From: Dehalococcoidia bacterium
Lineage (GTDB): Bacteria; Chloroflexota; Dehalococcoidia; Lucifugimonadales; UBA3495
Length of the DNA: 64,000 nucleotides
Direction: 5' to 3'
Assembly: GCA_965215425.1 (NCBI GenBank)
Contig: OZ244064.1
Span: forward strand, 2,791,634 to 2,855,633
Each line of letters starts with the position of its first letter. The first letter of the stretch is position 1. The notes below the pieces were generated by a model. That model searched no databases, was not told where the DNA came from, and saw only the letters and a list, made by a program, of their open reading frames with translations. Positions 20,075 to 28,786 of this stretch are shown in pieces. The translations under genes were made by a program, and so were the position numbers.

Positions 20075-20551
20075 TTGAAACCTGAAGTCCGCCCGGAAAT
20101 AACCATACGCCGCGCCAACGTGGCCGACCTGGACACCCTGGTCCGGTTTAATATCGCGATGGCCCTGGAAACGGAGGCCAGGACACTGGTCGAGCGCCGG
20201 CTCCGGGCCGGTGTCCTGGCAATCCTCCAAAACGAAGCCCTGGGTTTCGGCTGGCTGGCGGAAGTTGAGAACCAGCCCGCCGGGCAGTTATTCATCACCA
20301 CCGAGTGGAGCGACTGGCGCAACGCTTACTTCTGGTGGATTCAGAGTGTTTACGTAGCCCCGGAGTTCCGCCGTCGGGGAGTTTACCGCGCCCTGGAACG
20401 GCAAGTCCGGCGTGACGCCCTGGCCGCCGGCAATGTCTGTGGCCTCCGTCTTTACGTTGACCGGGACAACCGGGCCGCCCAGCGGGTTTATGTTAATCTG
20501 GGAATGACCCTATCCCGCTATGACTTTTACGAGGTGGAGTTTGAGCTTTAG
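20075..20551 (+). CDS. GNAT family N-acetyltransferase
   Basis: Acetyl-CoA-binding-type segment VAPEFRRRGVYRAL. 158 aa, TTG start. Confidence 0.75.
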   Translation: MKPEVRPEITIRRANVADLDTLVRFNIAMALETEARTLVERRLRAGVLAILQNEALGFGWLAEVENQPAGQLFITTEWSDWRNAYFWWIQSVYVAPEFRRRGVYRALERQVRRDALAAGNVCGLRLYVDRDNRAAQRVYVNLGMTLSRYDFYEVEFEL

Positions 20552-20587
20552 CCGGCGCGACCCGGCCGGCCCGTCCGGGTTGGTTGA

Positions 20588-21598
20588 TTGCTGTTTAGCC
20601 GGCGGGTAACTCGCAGGATTATGTTGGATCCGACTAGTGAATATGACTACCTGGCCCGGGGGCAGGTAAACCTGCGCCTGGGGAAATTGGACGAAGCCAT
20701 CCGGGACTTTGACCAAGCCCTGGCAGTCAACGGAAGTTTTGCCCTGGCCTGGTACTACCGGGGCTTGGCCCAGCGCCGGGCCGGTCGGCTTTCTCAGGCC
20801 ATTGCAGACTATACGGCGGCGGTGCAGACACAGCCGGACTATCCGGTAGCCTTTTACGCCCGGGGTGTGGTTTACCGGCAACTGGGCGAGTATGGGCAAG
20901 CCATCCGGGACTACGACGCGGCTATTTCCCTGGAGCCGGAAGACGCCGACTTTTACTATGCCCGGGGCGTGGCCTATGCTTCCCTGAACCGTTACGAACC
21001 GGCCATCGCCGACTTTGACCGGGCCATTGACCTGAACCCGGAAATGCCCAATGCTTACTACAACCGGGGCCTGGCCTACCGGGATGGGTACAACAACCTG
21101 GCGGCAGCGATGGAGAGCTTTCTCGAAGCCTTGAAACTGCGTCCCGCTGACCCGGACTGTCGCTATGCCCTGGGCAATCTCTATAACGACACTGAGCTTT
21201 ACACTTCGGCGGTGTCCGAATATGACCGGGCGTTGGCGGTAGCGCCCGACTTCGCCAACGCTTGGTACAACCGGGGCATTGCCCGGTGCAACCAGTGCCT
21301 TGAACTCCGCGAACCCGACCGGGACCGCCGCCGCGCCATCGCCGCCGAAGCCGTTGCCAGCTTCAACCGGGCCTTGCGTCACGGGCCGGAGTTTGCCCAC
21401 CTGTACCTGAACCGGGGCATTGCCCACACCTGCGCCGAGGAGTACCCGGCAGCCCTGGCCGACTTGAACTATGCGCTGGCAATGGACAATAACCTGGCGG
21501 CGGCTTACCGGGCCCGGGCGACCCTGTACCGGGCGATGGACCATCCCGCGGCCGCCGCGGCCGATGAACAGCGCTACCGGGAACTGGCTGGGCAATGA
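20588..21598 (+). CDS. Tetratricopeptide-repeat protein
   Basis: About eight consecutive 34-aa units of the form A..Y..A(I/L)...P..A.A(Y/W)YNRG.A. The start may be the internal ATG at 20621. Confidence 0.8.
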   Translation: MLFSRRVTRRIMLDPTSEYDYLARGQVNLRLGKLDEAIRDFDQALAVNGSFALAWYYRGLAQRRAGRLSQAIADYTAAVQTQPDYPVAFYARGVVYRQLGEYGQAIRDYDAAISLEPEDADFYYARGVAYASLNRYEPAIADFDRAIDLNPEMPNAYYNRGLAYRDGYNNLAAAMESFLEALKLRPADPDCRYALGNLYNDTELYTSAVSEYDRALAVAPDFANAWYNRGIARCNQCLELREPDRDRRRAIAAEAVASFNRALRHGPEFAHLYLNRGIAHTCAEEYPAALADLNYALAMDNNLAAAYRARATLYRAMDHPAAAAADEQRYRELAGQ

Positions 21599-22467
21599 CC
21601 GGCGGGGAGCGTTACTTCCAACGGATAACCGTTGGTGAGCAGTTGGGGCATCTGGAATACACGGTAACCGCCGGCAAGCTGCTCCGGTTTCGCGAGGCAG
21701 TGGCGTACCCGGAGGCCGCCTTTCCCAATATCGCCGCCCGGGAATACGTGGAAGTCCTGAGCCGCAAGTACGGCGCTCCGGCGGCCGCCAGCGTCCGGCA
21801 TACCGACCGCTATTTCCGCCCGCCCCAGTTGGGCCGGCGTCTGCAAGTAACCGGTTGGGTGCGGGATAAGTACCAAACGCGGGGCGCTGACCGGCTGGTA
21901 GTGGAAACCTTTGCCGTGGATGAAATCGGCACGGAGATTGTCCGCAGCGAGCACACTTTCCAGTTTGGCGCCGGGCGGGGGGCGGAACGCTTGGGAAGAA
22001 GGCCGCTCCGAACCCGCCGGTCAGCCGAAGCGGTGCACTTGCCCATCATTGAGAAGCGGATTACCGAAGAGGGCATAGAAAATTTCGAGTCGGTCAGTCG
22101 CTTCATGGTAACCGGCCAGCAGACCGAGACCGGAGCGCCCCCGGTAAGCATTCATGCCAACGCCGCGTTGGCCCAAGGCATGGGCTTGGCTGGAGTCGTT
22201 GCGCCCGGAGAGCTGGAGGTGGCTTGCCTGCACGAACTGCTGGACCGGCATTACGGTATAGATTTCCGGCAGGGCGGCCAGCTGAGCGTTGATTTTCTCC
22301 GTCCGGTTTACGCCGAAGACACGTTGACCGCCCGGGGCCTGGTGGTAAAACGGGAACCGGCCAACGGGGGAGTGAACTGGCAGCTACGGATCTGGCTTGC
22401 CAATCAGCGCGGCGAACCGGTCGCCGCCGGGGAAGCCCGGGTTACCGTTCCCAGTCCCTTGACCTGA
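21595..22467 (+). CDS. MaoC-like (double hot-dog) dehydratase
   Basis: 290 aa, with a hot-dog-like N-half and a MaoC-like C-half (SIHANAALAQGMGL..VAPG). The start overlaps the TPR gene stop (ATGA). Confidence 0.55.
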   Translation: MTGGERYFQRITVGEQLGHLEYTVTAGKLLRFREAVAYPEAAFPNIAAREYVEVLSRKYGAPAAASVRHTDRYFRPPQLGRRLQVTGWVRDKYQTRGADRLVVETFAVDEIGTEIVRSEHTFQFGAGRGAERLGRRPLRTRRSAEAVHLPIIEKRITEEGIENFESVSRFMVTGQQTETGAPPVSIHANAALAQGMGLAGVVAPGELEVACLHELLDRHYGIDFRQGGQLSVDFLRPVYAEDTLTARGLVVKREPANGGVNWQLRIWLANQRGEPVAAGEARVTVPSPLT

Positions 22468-22511
22468 GGCCAACCCCGCCAAAACTTGTTCTTTGCAGTG
22501 GAGCGTGAGCA

Positions 22512-23168
22512 ATGACCGAGAGTTTCAGCGAGCAACTTAAGGCGGAAGCGCAACCGATCTGGCGGCGCATTTTCAGCCACCCTTTCCTGGAGGAAATTAA
22601 GGACGGGACTTTGCCCTTGGAGAAGTTTCGTTACTACCTGACGCAGGACTATTTATACTTGGAAGGGTTCGCCCGCACCGTGGCCCTGGCCTTGGCGAAA
22701 GCCCCGGACGCCCGGACGTTGGAAGAACTTTCCCGACGCGTGCTAACCCCGGTGGAACGGCCCCTGCACCACCAGTTACTGGAAGCCGCCGGCGTATCCC
22801 GGGGCTACATATACGAGGTAGGGCGTTCCCCTACCAACGCCGCTTATGTCAACCATATGCTGACCACCGCCGCGCAATACGGCCTTGGCCCCACCGCCGC
22901 CGCCCTGTTGCCCTGCCCCTGGACCTATCACGAACTCAAGGACGAGATTGGGCCATCGGAACATCCCCTGTATCGCCAATGGACCGGGTTCTACGTAGCC
23001 GGATTCCTGCAAGACAGCGTCAATGCCTGGCGGGGGTTGGTGGATACCGCCGCCGCCCAAGCCGGCCCCCAAGAGTTGGCCGCCATGCGGGAAGCCTTCC
23101 TGACCAGCAGTCGCTACGAGTATATGTTCTGGGATATGGCTTACCGAATGGAGGGCTGGCCGGTTTAA
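22512..23168 (+). CDS. tenA: TenA-family aminopyrimidine aminohydrolase (thiaminase II)
   Basis: IWRRIFSHPFLEEIKDGTLPLEKFRYYLTQDYLYL is the characteristic TenA N-terminus. Confidence 0.8.
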   Translation: MTESFSEQLKAEAQPIWRRIFSHPFLEEIKDGTLPLEKFRYYLTQDYLYLEGFARTVALALAKAPDARTLEELSRRVLTPVERPLHHQLLEAAGVSRGYIYEVGRSPTNAAYVNHMLTTAAQYGLGPTAAALLPCPWTYHELKDEIGPSEHPLYRQWTGFYVAGFLQDSVNAWRGLVDTAAAQAGPQELAAMREAFLTSSRYEYMFWDMAYRMEGWPV

Positions 23169-23217
23169 GCCGCCTTCTTGACGGCGCCGGCAACAGGGAA
23201 TGGACTAGGGGGTGTCG

Positions 23218-23586
23218 TCAAAGTAATTTAGTCCAAATGACCATCGCCCGAATCTGGCAGATGGCCAAGTAGGAAAGGGAGTTCTTGGCATACCGGGTTG
23301 CCACCCCCCGCCACTGCTTGAAGTCCAGGAAGCCGTTTTCCACCAGGTGGCGCAGCTTGTACAGCGCCCGGTCATACTCCCGCTTTTCCCGGCGATTGCT
23401 CTTGGGCGGTATTACCGGGTTCATGCCCAACTCCGAGGCCGCAGCTATGATTTCATTGGTGTCGTAGGCTTTGTCAGCCAGCAGACACTCCGCTTCGATG
23501 CCTTCAATCAGGGGCAAGGCTTGGGTGCAGTCCGCCGCCGTGCCTCCGGTCACCATTACCCTTACCGGCATTCCGTGGGCATCCAC
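23218..23586 (-). CDS. IS5-family transposase, OrfB (DDE catalytic part, -1 frame)
   Basis: The -1 frame is open upstream of the listed Met and reads (R)GLNTKLHLAVDAHGMPVRV..LLADKAYD...IPPKSNR..YK.RHLVENGF..K.WRG.ATRY. It joins OrfA across the run ACAAAAGGGGGC (about 23595-23606). Confidence 0.85.
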   Translation of the reverse strand: MDAHGMPVRVMVTGGTAADCTQALPLIEGIEAECLLADKAYDTNEIIAAASELGMNPVIPPKSNRREKREYDRALYKLRHLVENGFLDFKQWRGVATRYAKNSLSYLAICQIRAMVIWTKLL

Positions 23587-23606
23587 CGCCAGATGCAGTT
23601 TGGTGT

Positions 23607-23996
23607 TCAGCCCCCTTTTGTGCGGGCGATGGCCTGGCTTCCGCCCTGGGCCCCGGCGCTGTGGGGATGGGCCTTGATGTAACTGGCGTCAATCATCAAC
23701 CATTCAAAATCAGGATCGTCGACCAGGGCATCCAGCAGCATGTCCCATACCCCTCTGTCCCGCCAGCGGCAGAAGCGGCGGTGGGTGTTCTTCCAATCCC
23801 CATAGTCCGGGGGCAGGTCCCGCCAGGGGGCGCCGGTGCGCAAAATCCAGAACACGGCGTTGAGAAAGAGACGATTATCGCAGGCGGGCCGGCCCGTCTT
23901 GCCCTTGCCGCCTGGGAGAAGGGGGTCCAGGACTTCCCATACCCGGTCTGAAATATCGTGACGCCGGTGCGCCGGCACTGCCATTGCTGCTGACAT
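23607..23996 (-). CDS. IS5-family transposase, OrfA (N-terminal part)
   Basis: GRPACDNRLFLNAVFWILRTGAPWRDLP..YG.W..THRRFCRWRDRGVW is the typical DUF4096/IS5 N-terminal region. The ORF ends in ...ARTKGG-stop. Confidence 0.85.
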   Translation of the reverse strand: MSAAMAVPAHRRHDISDRVWEVLDPLLPGGKGKTGRPACDNRLFLNAVFWILRTGAPWRDLPPDYGDWKNTHRRFCRWRDRGVWDMLLDALVDDPDFEWLMIDASYIKAHPHSAGAQGGSQAIARTKGG

Positions 23997-24062
23997 AGCC
24001 CAATCCTGCTACACTGGTTGCAATGTCAGCTTATCATCACACCCTTACTTTGACGACACCCC

Positions 24063-25001
24063 CTAGCGAACGGGCGGGTTCACCCGGATTTCGGGATCAT
24101 TGACGTCGAAGATCTCCGCGGTCATTACTGATACCAACTGCCGACCTGATTCCCCTTGAAGTGCGGGTAGGCCCATCATTTCAGCTAATACCTCCTGGTT
24201 AGCAACCGAACGCGCTTTTATTGCTACCGGCCAAGCGCCATCTTCGGCAATCCACACCTTCAACTCCTCGAAGGTAATGCCTTCCAGCTCCGCCGGTTGA
24301 ATCCCAAAGTCGCTGAGAGCCTCCAGCACTTCCCCCATATCATAGCGAATTGCTGGTACGCCGTTGTATTGTTCCGGTTGTCCCTCCATATCCTGGATCG
24401 AGAGGGTAGCAAAATCATCCCAGAAAGTAGGGGAGGCTGCACATAGTTCCATTGACTCTGCAACCACTGCGTCCTGGATAACAGTGGCGCGAAAACCCTC
24501 CCCGGTCTTAACCCAGGCGCTATTTCCAATCACCACCACTTCCTCTCCCGGAAAGGCCAGGCCACCCAGGGAAAATCTATGCTTGCAGGTGAACCGATCC
24601 GGCGCCTCGAATTCACCTTGAACCCAGATAGAGAAAATCCCCTCTTGTCCGTCTGCGCCAAGTAAGATTGTAGTTTTGTGCCGGTAGCTGTCCAGGTGCG
24701 CCATAGGGGAATTGGCCGCAACCTGCGGGGTTGGCGTGGGGGTAGGGGTATTGGTGGGGATATTGGTAGGCGCAGGCCAGGGCGTAGGCGTTGGGATCGG
24801 TGTAGCCGTAGGCGCCGGCGTTGGCGTGGGAATAGGCGTGGCGGTAGGCGCTGGGGTAATTGTTGGTTGGGAGCTAATAGCTGCGGCGATCGTTGCTGGA
24901 ATGTCCGGCGTTGCCGTTGGAGCAATCTGGCTACACCCGGTAACTCCCACCAGGATTATGCATAGCATTGATGCGGCAACCCGGAGTTCCTTTGCAGCCA
25001 T
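24063..25001 (-). CDS. Secreted lipoprotein with tandem Pro/Thr linker, function unknown
   Basis: Signal peptide plus lipobox (LVGVTGC). Duplicated PAPTATPIPTPT units. Globular C-terminal domain of about 200 aa that I do not recognise. Confidence 0.6.
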   Translation of the reverse strand: MAAKELRVAASMLCIILVGVTGCSQIAPTATPDIPATIAAAISSQPTITPAPTATPIPTPTPAPTATPIPTPTPWPAPTNIPTNTPTPTPTPQVAANSPMAHLDSYRHKTTILLGADGQEGIFSIWVQGEFEAPDRFTCKHRFSLGGLAFPGEEVVVIGNSAWVKTGEGFRATVIQDAVVAESMELCAASPTFWDDFATLSIQDMEGQPEQYNGVPAIRYDMGEVLEALSDFGIQPAELEGITFEELKVWIAEDGAWPVAIKARSVANQEVLAEMMGLPALQGESGRQLVSVMTAEIFDVNDPEIRVNPPVR

Positions 25002-25101
25002 TCTTAATTTTCCTGCTACCGGATCAAATACCGGGTCAAAATAGAGGGAAGGCCATCAGACGCACCCTGACCTTCCCGGTCGATTCCCCAGGTCTAATCC
25101 T

Positions 25102-26193
25102 CTAAGGCGCCATGCGCGCCGGCCCCCAACCGTAGGGAATGTTGATGAGGTTGGCTTCCAGGTTCTGCACCGAAGTCTGGCCGCAGACGGACAAAGCCCG
25201 GTCCAGCTCGGAGCGCAGGAGTTCCAGGACGCCGTGTACTCCCGCGGCGCCGTTGTTTGCCAGCCCCCAATAGAGGGGACGGCCAACGCCCACGGCCCGC
25301 GCGCCCAGGGCCAGGGCTTTCAGCACGTCGCTGCCCCGCCGGACCCCCGAATCCAGATAGACCTCACAGTGGTCGTTCACTGCATCCACGATTTCCGGCA
25401 GCATTTCCACCGAGCTCATAGTAGAGTCGATCTGTCGCCCGCCGTGGGTAGAGACCAGGATACCGTTGACCCCGCTTTCGGCGGCGACGTGGGCATCCTC
25501 GGCGGTGCGGATACCTTTCAACACCAGGGGCAGGGAAGTCAGTCCGCGCAGCCAGTCCAGTTCCGCCCAGGTCAGCGGCGGCACCTGGGCCGGCTGCCAA
25601 TTGGGGGCCTCGTCGGTGCCGCTGACCTCGGCCAGCCGCTCCGGAGTGGCCCGGAAGTTAGCCAGTTCCGCCGGGTTGACGTACTGATTGCGGATGTCCC
25701 GTTCCTTGGGCGCCGGCACCGGCGTGTCCACCGTCAGAACGATGGCCTGGTAGCCGGCCTCCTCGGCCCGGTGCACCAGCATCTCCGACAGGTCATGGCC
25801 GCGGTGGTAAAGCTGGAACCACAAGGGGCCGCTGGCCGCTGCCGACACTTCCTCCATGCTGTAGTGGGAAGAGGTACTCAACATCATCATCGTGTTGGAC
25901 ATCCCCGCGCCCCGGGCCGTCGCCAACTCCCCGTCGGGGTGGGCCAGCTTGTGCCCGCCGGCCGGGCAGACGAACACCGGCATACTGATTTCCGTCCCCA
26001 GCATGGTAGTACTCAAATCCCGGTCAGCTATATTGCGCAGGAAGCGGGGGCGAATGGTCAGGTCCTCAAAGGCGCTGCGGTTGCGCCGGGTGGTGAACTC
26101 ATCCATGGCCCCGGCTTCAATGAACTCCCAGTGGTTGTGGGGCAGGCTGGCTTTGGCCCGGGCCTCGTAATCATACAGATTTATCGGTTCCAT
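25102..26193 (-). CDS. FMN-dependent alpha-hydroxy-acid oxidase/dehydrogenase (LldD / glycolate-oxidase family)
   Basis: N-terminal YDYEARA, STHGGRQID, VYLDSGVRRGSDV.KALALGA. 363 aa. Confidence 0.85.
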   Translation of the reverse strand: MEPINLYDYEARAKASLPHNHWEFIEAGAMDEFTTRRNRSAFEDLTIRPRFLRNIADRDLSTTMLGTEISMPVFVCPAGGHKLAHPDGELATARGAGMSNTMMMLSTSSHYSMEEVSAAASGPLWFQLYHRGHDLSEMLVHRAEEAGYQAIVLTVDTPVPAPKERDIRNQYVNPAELANFRATPERLAEVSGTDEAPNWQPAQVPPLTWAELDWLRGLTSLPLVLKGIRTAEDAHVAAESGVNGILVSTHGGRQIDSTMSSVEMLPEIVDAVNDHCEVYLDSGVRRGSDVLKALALGARAVGVGRPLYWGLANNGAAGVHGVLELLRSELDRALSVCGQTSVQNLEANLINIPYGWGPARMAP

Positions 26194-26490
26194 TAACGCT
26201 ATGTTCTCCTTTGAAAGTAAGGTTTCCCTACTCTAATCCCTAACCGAGGGTTTTTCAACACGGAGCCGCCGGGGCACACTGCGACTCGCAGGGAACCATA
26301 TACCCGATGTCCGCTGCTTATCCGCCGCGCCGCTGCGTCCCGGCGTGAACCAAGCCGGTCTGCTCGATACCCCGTCTGAGTCAATGGAACAATAGCGCCG
26401 AATGATGCTGCTACTAAATTAAAGGGGGCGAGGGAGCTTTGTTGAAGAACGTCTAAAACTGGAGAGCAAGGGGGGGCTATGAGGCGGCTT

Positions 26491-26530
26491 GATAAAACCG
26501 GGCGCCGTTGCAATCAAAGCGGCGCCCGGT
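26491..26530 (-). terminator. Rho-independent terminator after the intact OFOR operon
   Basis: Minus strand: ACCGGGCGCCG-12-nt loop-CGGCGCCCGGT followed by TTTATC, about 25 nt after the beta-subunit stop. Confidence 0.6.
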
Positions 26531-26555
26531 CTGAATCGATCCTTGATTCTCCGAT

Positions 26556-27584
26556 TTAACCCTGCTCTTCCGGCGGGTTGAAGGGGACAATGCCGGGGAT
26601 CCACCACTTCTCCCAGCTTTCATCCACCCGGCCTTGGAAAAAGTCCAGGTCTTCCTCGGTCAGGTGGGCGAAGCGACCCTGGCGTTGCAGGTACTCCCGC
26701 ACCGGCTTGCGCCGCCGCACTCCGTTGCCGATGGCCCGGGAGGGGCCGCTGAGCAGCAGTTCCCCATCGGCGATTTCGTACTGCACCCACAGCCCGGTCT
26801 CCACGGCCAGCATGCCCAGTTCGTGGGAATACTTGGGGTCATAGTCCCAGCCTTTGGGGCAGGGGTCAATGACGTGGATGAAAGTCGGCCCGCCGATCGT
26901 CAGGGCGCGGCGAATCTTGTTGGTGAAGTCCAGGCCGTAGGAGGCGCAGGCCGTTGCCACGTAGCGGCAGCTGGGATGGCCGGCGGCCAGCATAGGCGCG
27001 GTATTCTTCTTCCACCGGCGGTTCATAATGCGGTGAACCTTGCCCGGCGGGCTGAAGGTAGAGTTGGCTCCCCAGGGAGAACTGCCCGAAACCTGGATGT
27101 CGGTGTTGGCGTAGGATTCGTTATCGTAGCAGAGGATGAGCAGGTTGTACTCATCATGCTGCAAGGCGGCAGAGATGCCGGACAGCCCCATGTCCACGCC
27201 GCCCCCGTCGCCGCAGAAAGCGATGACGTTGATCGGCTCGTCCTTCATCTTGCCTTTGCGCATCATCGAGGCCAGCCCGGCGGCGGTGCCGGTGGCGGCG
27301 GCCCCGGAAGAACCCAACTGCGTGTGCATCCACGGCACCACCCAGGGGGTGCTGTAGTAGGTGGTGTTGGCGACGTACATACAGCCGGTGCTGCCTACTA
27401 CGATGGTACGCGGGCCGGCGGCCTTAATCATGAGCCGCATGGTCAGGGCCGATTCACACCCCTGACAGGTGCGATGACCGGAAGTAAACCCCTCTTGCAG
27501 GGGTATGTTCTTGACCCCCCGAACTTGGGGAAGCTCTTGCAGTGTAGTCATTCTATCTACTCCCTCACTCCGATCCAGTTGCAT
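26556..27584 (-). CDS. 2-oxoacid:ferredoxin oxidoreductase beta subunit (TPP-binding)
   Basis: Motifs CQGCE, GSTGC, FCGDGGGVDMG...YDNESYANT. Confidence 0.85.
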   Translation of the reverse strand: MQLDRSEGVDRMTTLQELPQVRGVKNIPLQEGFTSGHRTCQGCESALTMRLMIKAAGPRTIVVGSTGCMYVANTTYYSTPWVVPWMHTQLGSSGAAATGTAAGLASMMRKGKMKDEPINVIAFCGDGGGVDMGLSGISAALQHDEYNLLILCYDNESYANTDIQVSGSSPWGANSTFSPPGKVHRIMNRRWKKNTAPMLAAGHPSCRYVATACASYGLDFTNKIRRALTIGGPTFIHVIDPCPKGWDYDPKYSHELGMLAVETGLWVQYEIADGELLLSGPSRAIGNGVRRRKPVREYLQRQGRFAHLTEEDLDFFQGRVDESWEKWWIPGIVPFNPPEEQG

Positions 27585-28786
27585 TCCCGCTCTATTTTAC
27601 CAGTATCGATGGCCTTTTGGGTAATTTCCACCATCTCTTCCACGTCCCGCACCCGGACTTCCCGCCCGCCCAGGCCGGCGATGAAGTTTACCACGTGGGG
27701 GCGCTTTTCCAGCGGATACAGAGCCGAGCGGACTTCGTTAAACAGCACCCCACCGAAGGAGGGGGAGCCGAAGGAGTAATCCCGGTCCACTACCGCCACC
27801 GCCTTGCAGTTGCCCAGGGCCTGTTGCACCTCTTCGGTGGCAAAGGGCCGGAAGAACTTCATCCGTACAAAGCCCACCTTCTTGCCCTGCTCCCGCATCC
27901 GCCGGATGGCAACGCGCACCGGCAGGGCCAGCGTCCCCATGCCCACCAGGACGATGTCCGGGTCATCGTCGGTCATGTATTCTTCCAGGAAGGGACTGGG
28001 GTCGCCGCGTCCAAAGACCTGTTTGAACTCTGCATAGACCTCTTTAATCACCCCAGGAGTCCGGTGCATCGCCGCATCGGACTGGCGGCGAATTTCCATC
28101 AGCCAGTCCTCGTTTACCTGGGGCGCGACGGTAATCGGATTGTCCGGGTGCAGCTGCAAGCGGCCCCGGTCGTAACCGGGGAGGAAGCGGCGCACCTGTT
28201 CCTGGGTTGGCACGTTGACGATCGCCTGAGAGTGGGTCAGGAAGGAACCGTCGCAACTGAGGGCAAAGGGCAGGAAAGCCCGGGAATCCTCCGCTATCTT
28301 CCAGGCCATCAACGCTATGTCCAGCGCCTCCTGCGCGGTAGCTACCCAGTAGAGCATCCAGCCCAGGTCCCGCACCGCCATGGCGTCGTTATGCTCCACG
28401 CCGAAGGCTCCCGGATCGTCCAGGGCCCGGTTGCCCACCATGGCCACCACCGGCAGGCGCAGGCCGGCGGTTACGGCGATGGCCTCAAAGGCGTAGAACC
28501 AGCCCACGCCGCTGGAGCCGCAGAAGGTCCTGGCCCCCACCGAGGAAGCGTGCTTGACAATCTCGAACTGGGAATGTTCGCTTTCGGCCACGATAAAGTC
28601 GCAGTCAAAGGCGCCATCGGCCTTGAGCTTGGACACGTACTGCATTACCGTGTCATAGGGTCGGATGGGGTAGGCGGTGATCACGTCAACATCGGCCAGG
28701 GCGCAGGCAATCGCCACGGCCTCGCTGCCGCTAATCAGCTCCTCCTTTTCGGTCATAAACAGCTGGGCTTCAGTAGTAGTAGTCAT
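27557..28786 (-). CDS. 2-oxoacid:ferredoxin oxidoreductase alpha subunit
   Basis: PorA-like: GSEAVAIACALADVDVITAYPIRP, AESEHS, VRMKFFRPF. Overlaps the beta gene by 28 nt. Confidence 0.85.
   Translation of the reverse strand: MTTTTEAQLFMTEKEELISGSEAVAIACALADVDVITAYPIRPYDTVMQYVSKLKADGAFDCDFIVAESEHSQFEIVKHASSVGARTFCGSSGVGWFYAFEAIAVTAGLRLPVVAMVGNRALDDPGAFGVEHNDAMAVRDLGWMLYWVATAQEALDIALMAWKIAEDSRAFLPFALSCDGSFLTHSQAIVNVPTQEQVRRFLPGYDRGRLQLHPDNPITVAPQVNEDWLMEIRRQSDAAMHRTPGVIKEVYAEFKQVFGRGDPSPFLEEYMTDDDPDIVLVGMGTLALPVRVAIRRMREQGKKVGFVRMKFFRPFATEEVQQALGNCKAVAVVDRDYSFGSPSFGGVLFNEVRSALYPLEKRPHVVNFIAGLGGREVRVRDVEEMVEITQKAIDTGKIERECNWIGVRE

Larger units (their letters stand above)
23205..24066 (-). mobile_element. 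Complete IS5-family insertion sequence (IS427/IS1031-like two-ORF type)
   Basis: 22-nt perfect terminal inverted repeats, CTAGGGGGTGTCGTCAAAGTAA at 23205-23226 and its reverse complement at 24045-24066. They enclose orfA and orfB of a DDE transposase. 862 bp. Confidence 0.85.

Noticed and set aside
22468-22511. TPP (THI-box) riboswitch upstream of tenA, and likewise upstream of dxs (7521-7766).
   Set aside because: The tenA spacer is only 44 nt. The dxs leader lacks the CTGAGA and ACCTGATCTGGATAATGCCAGCG-type cores.
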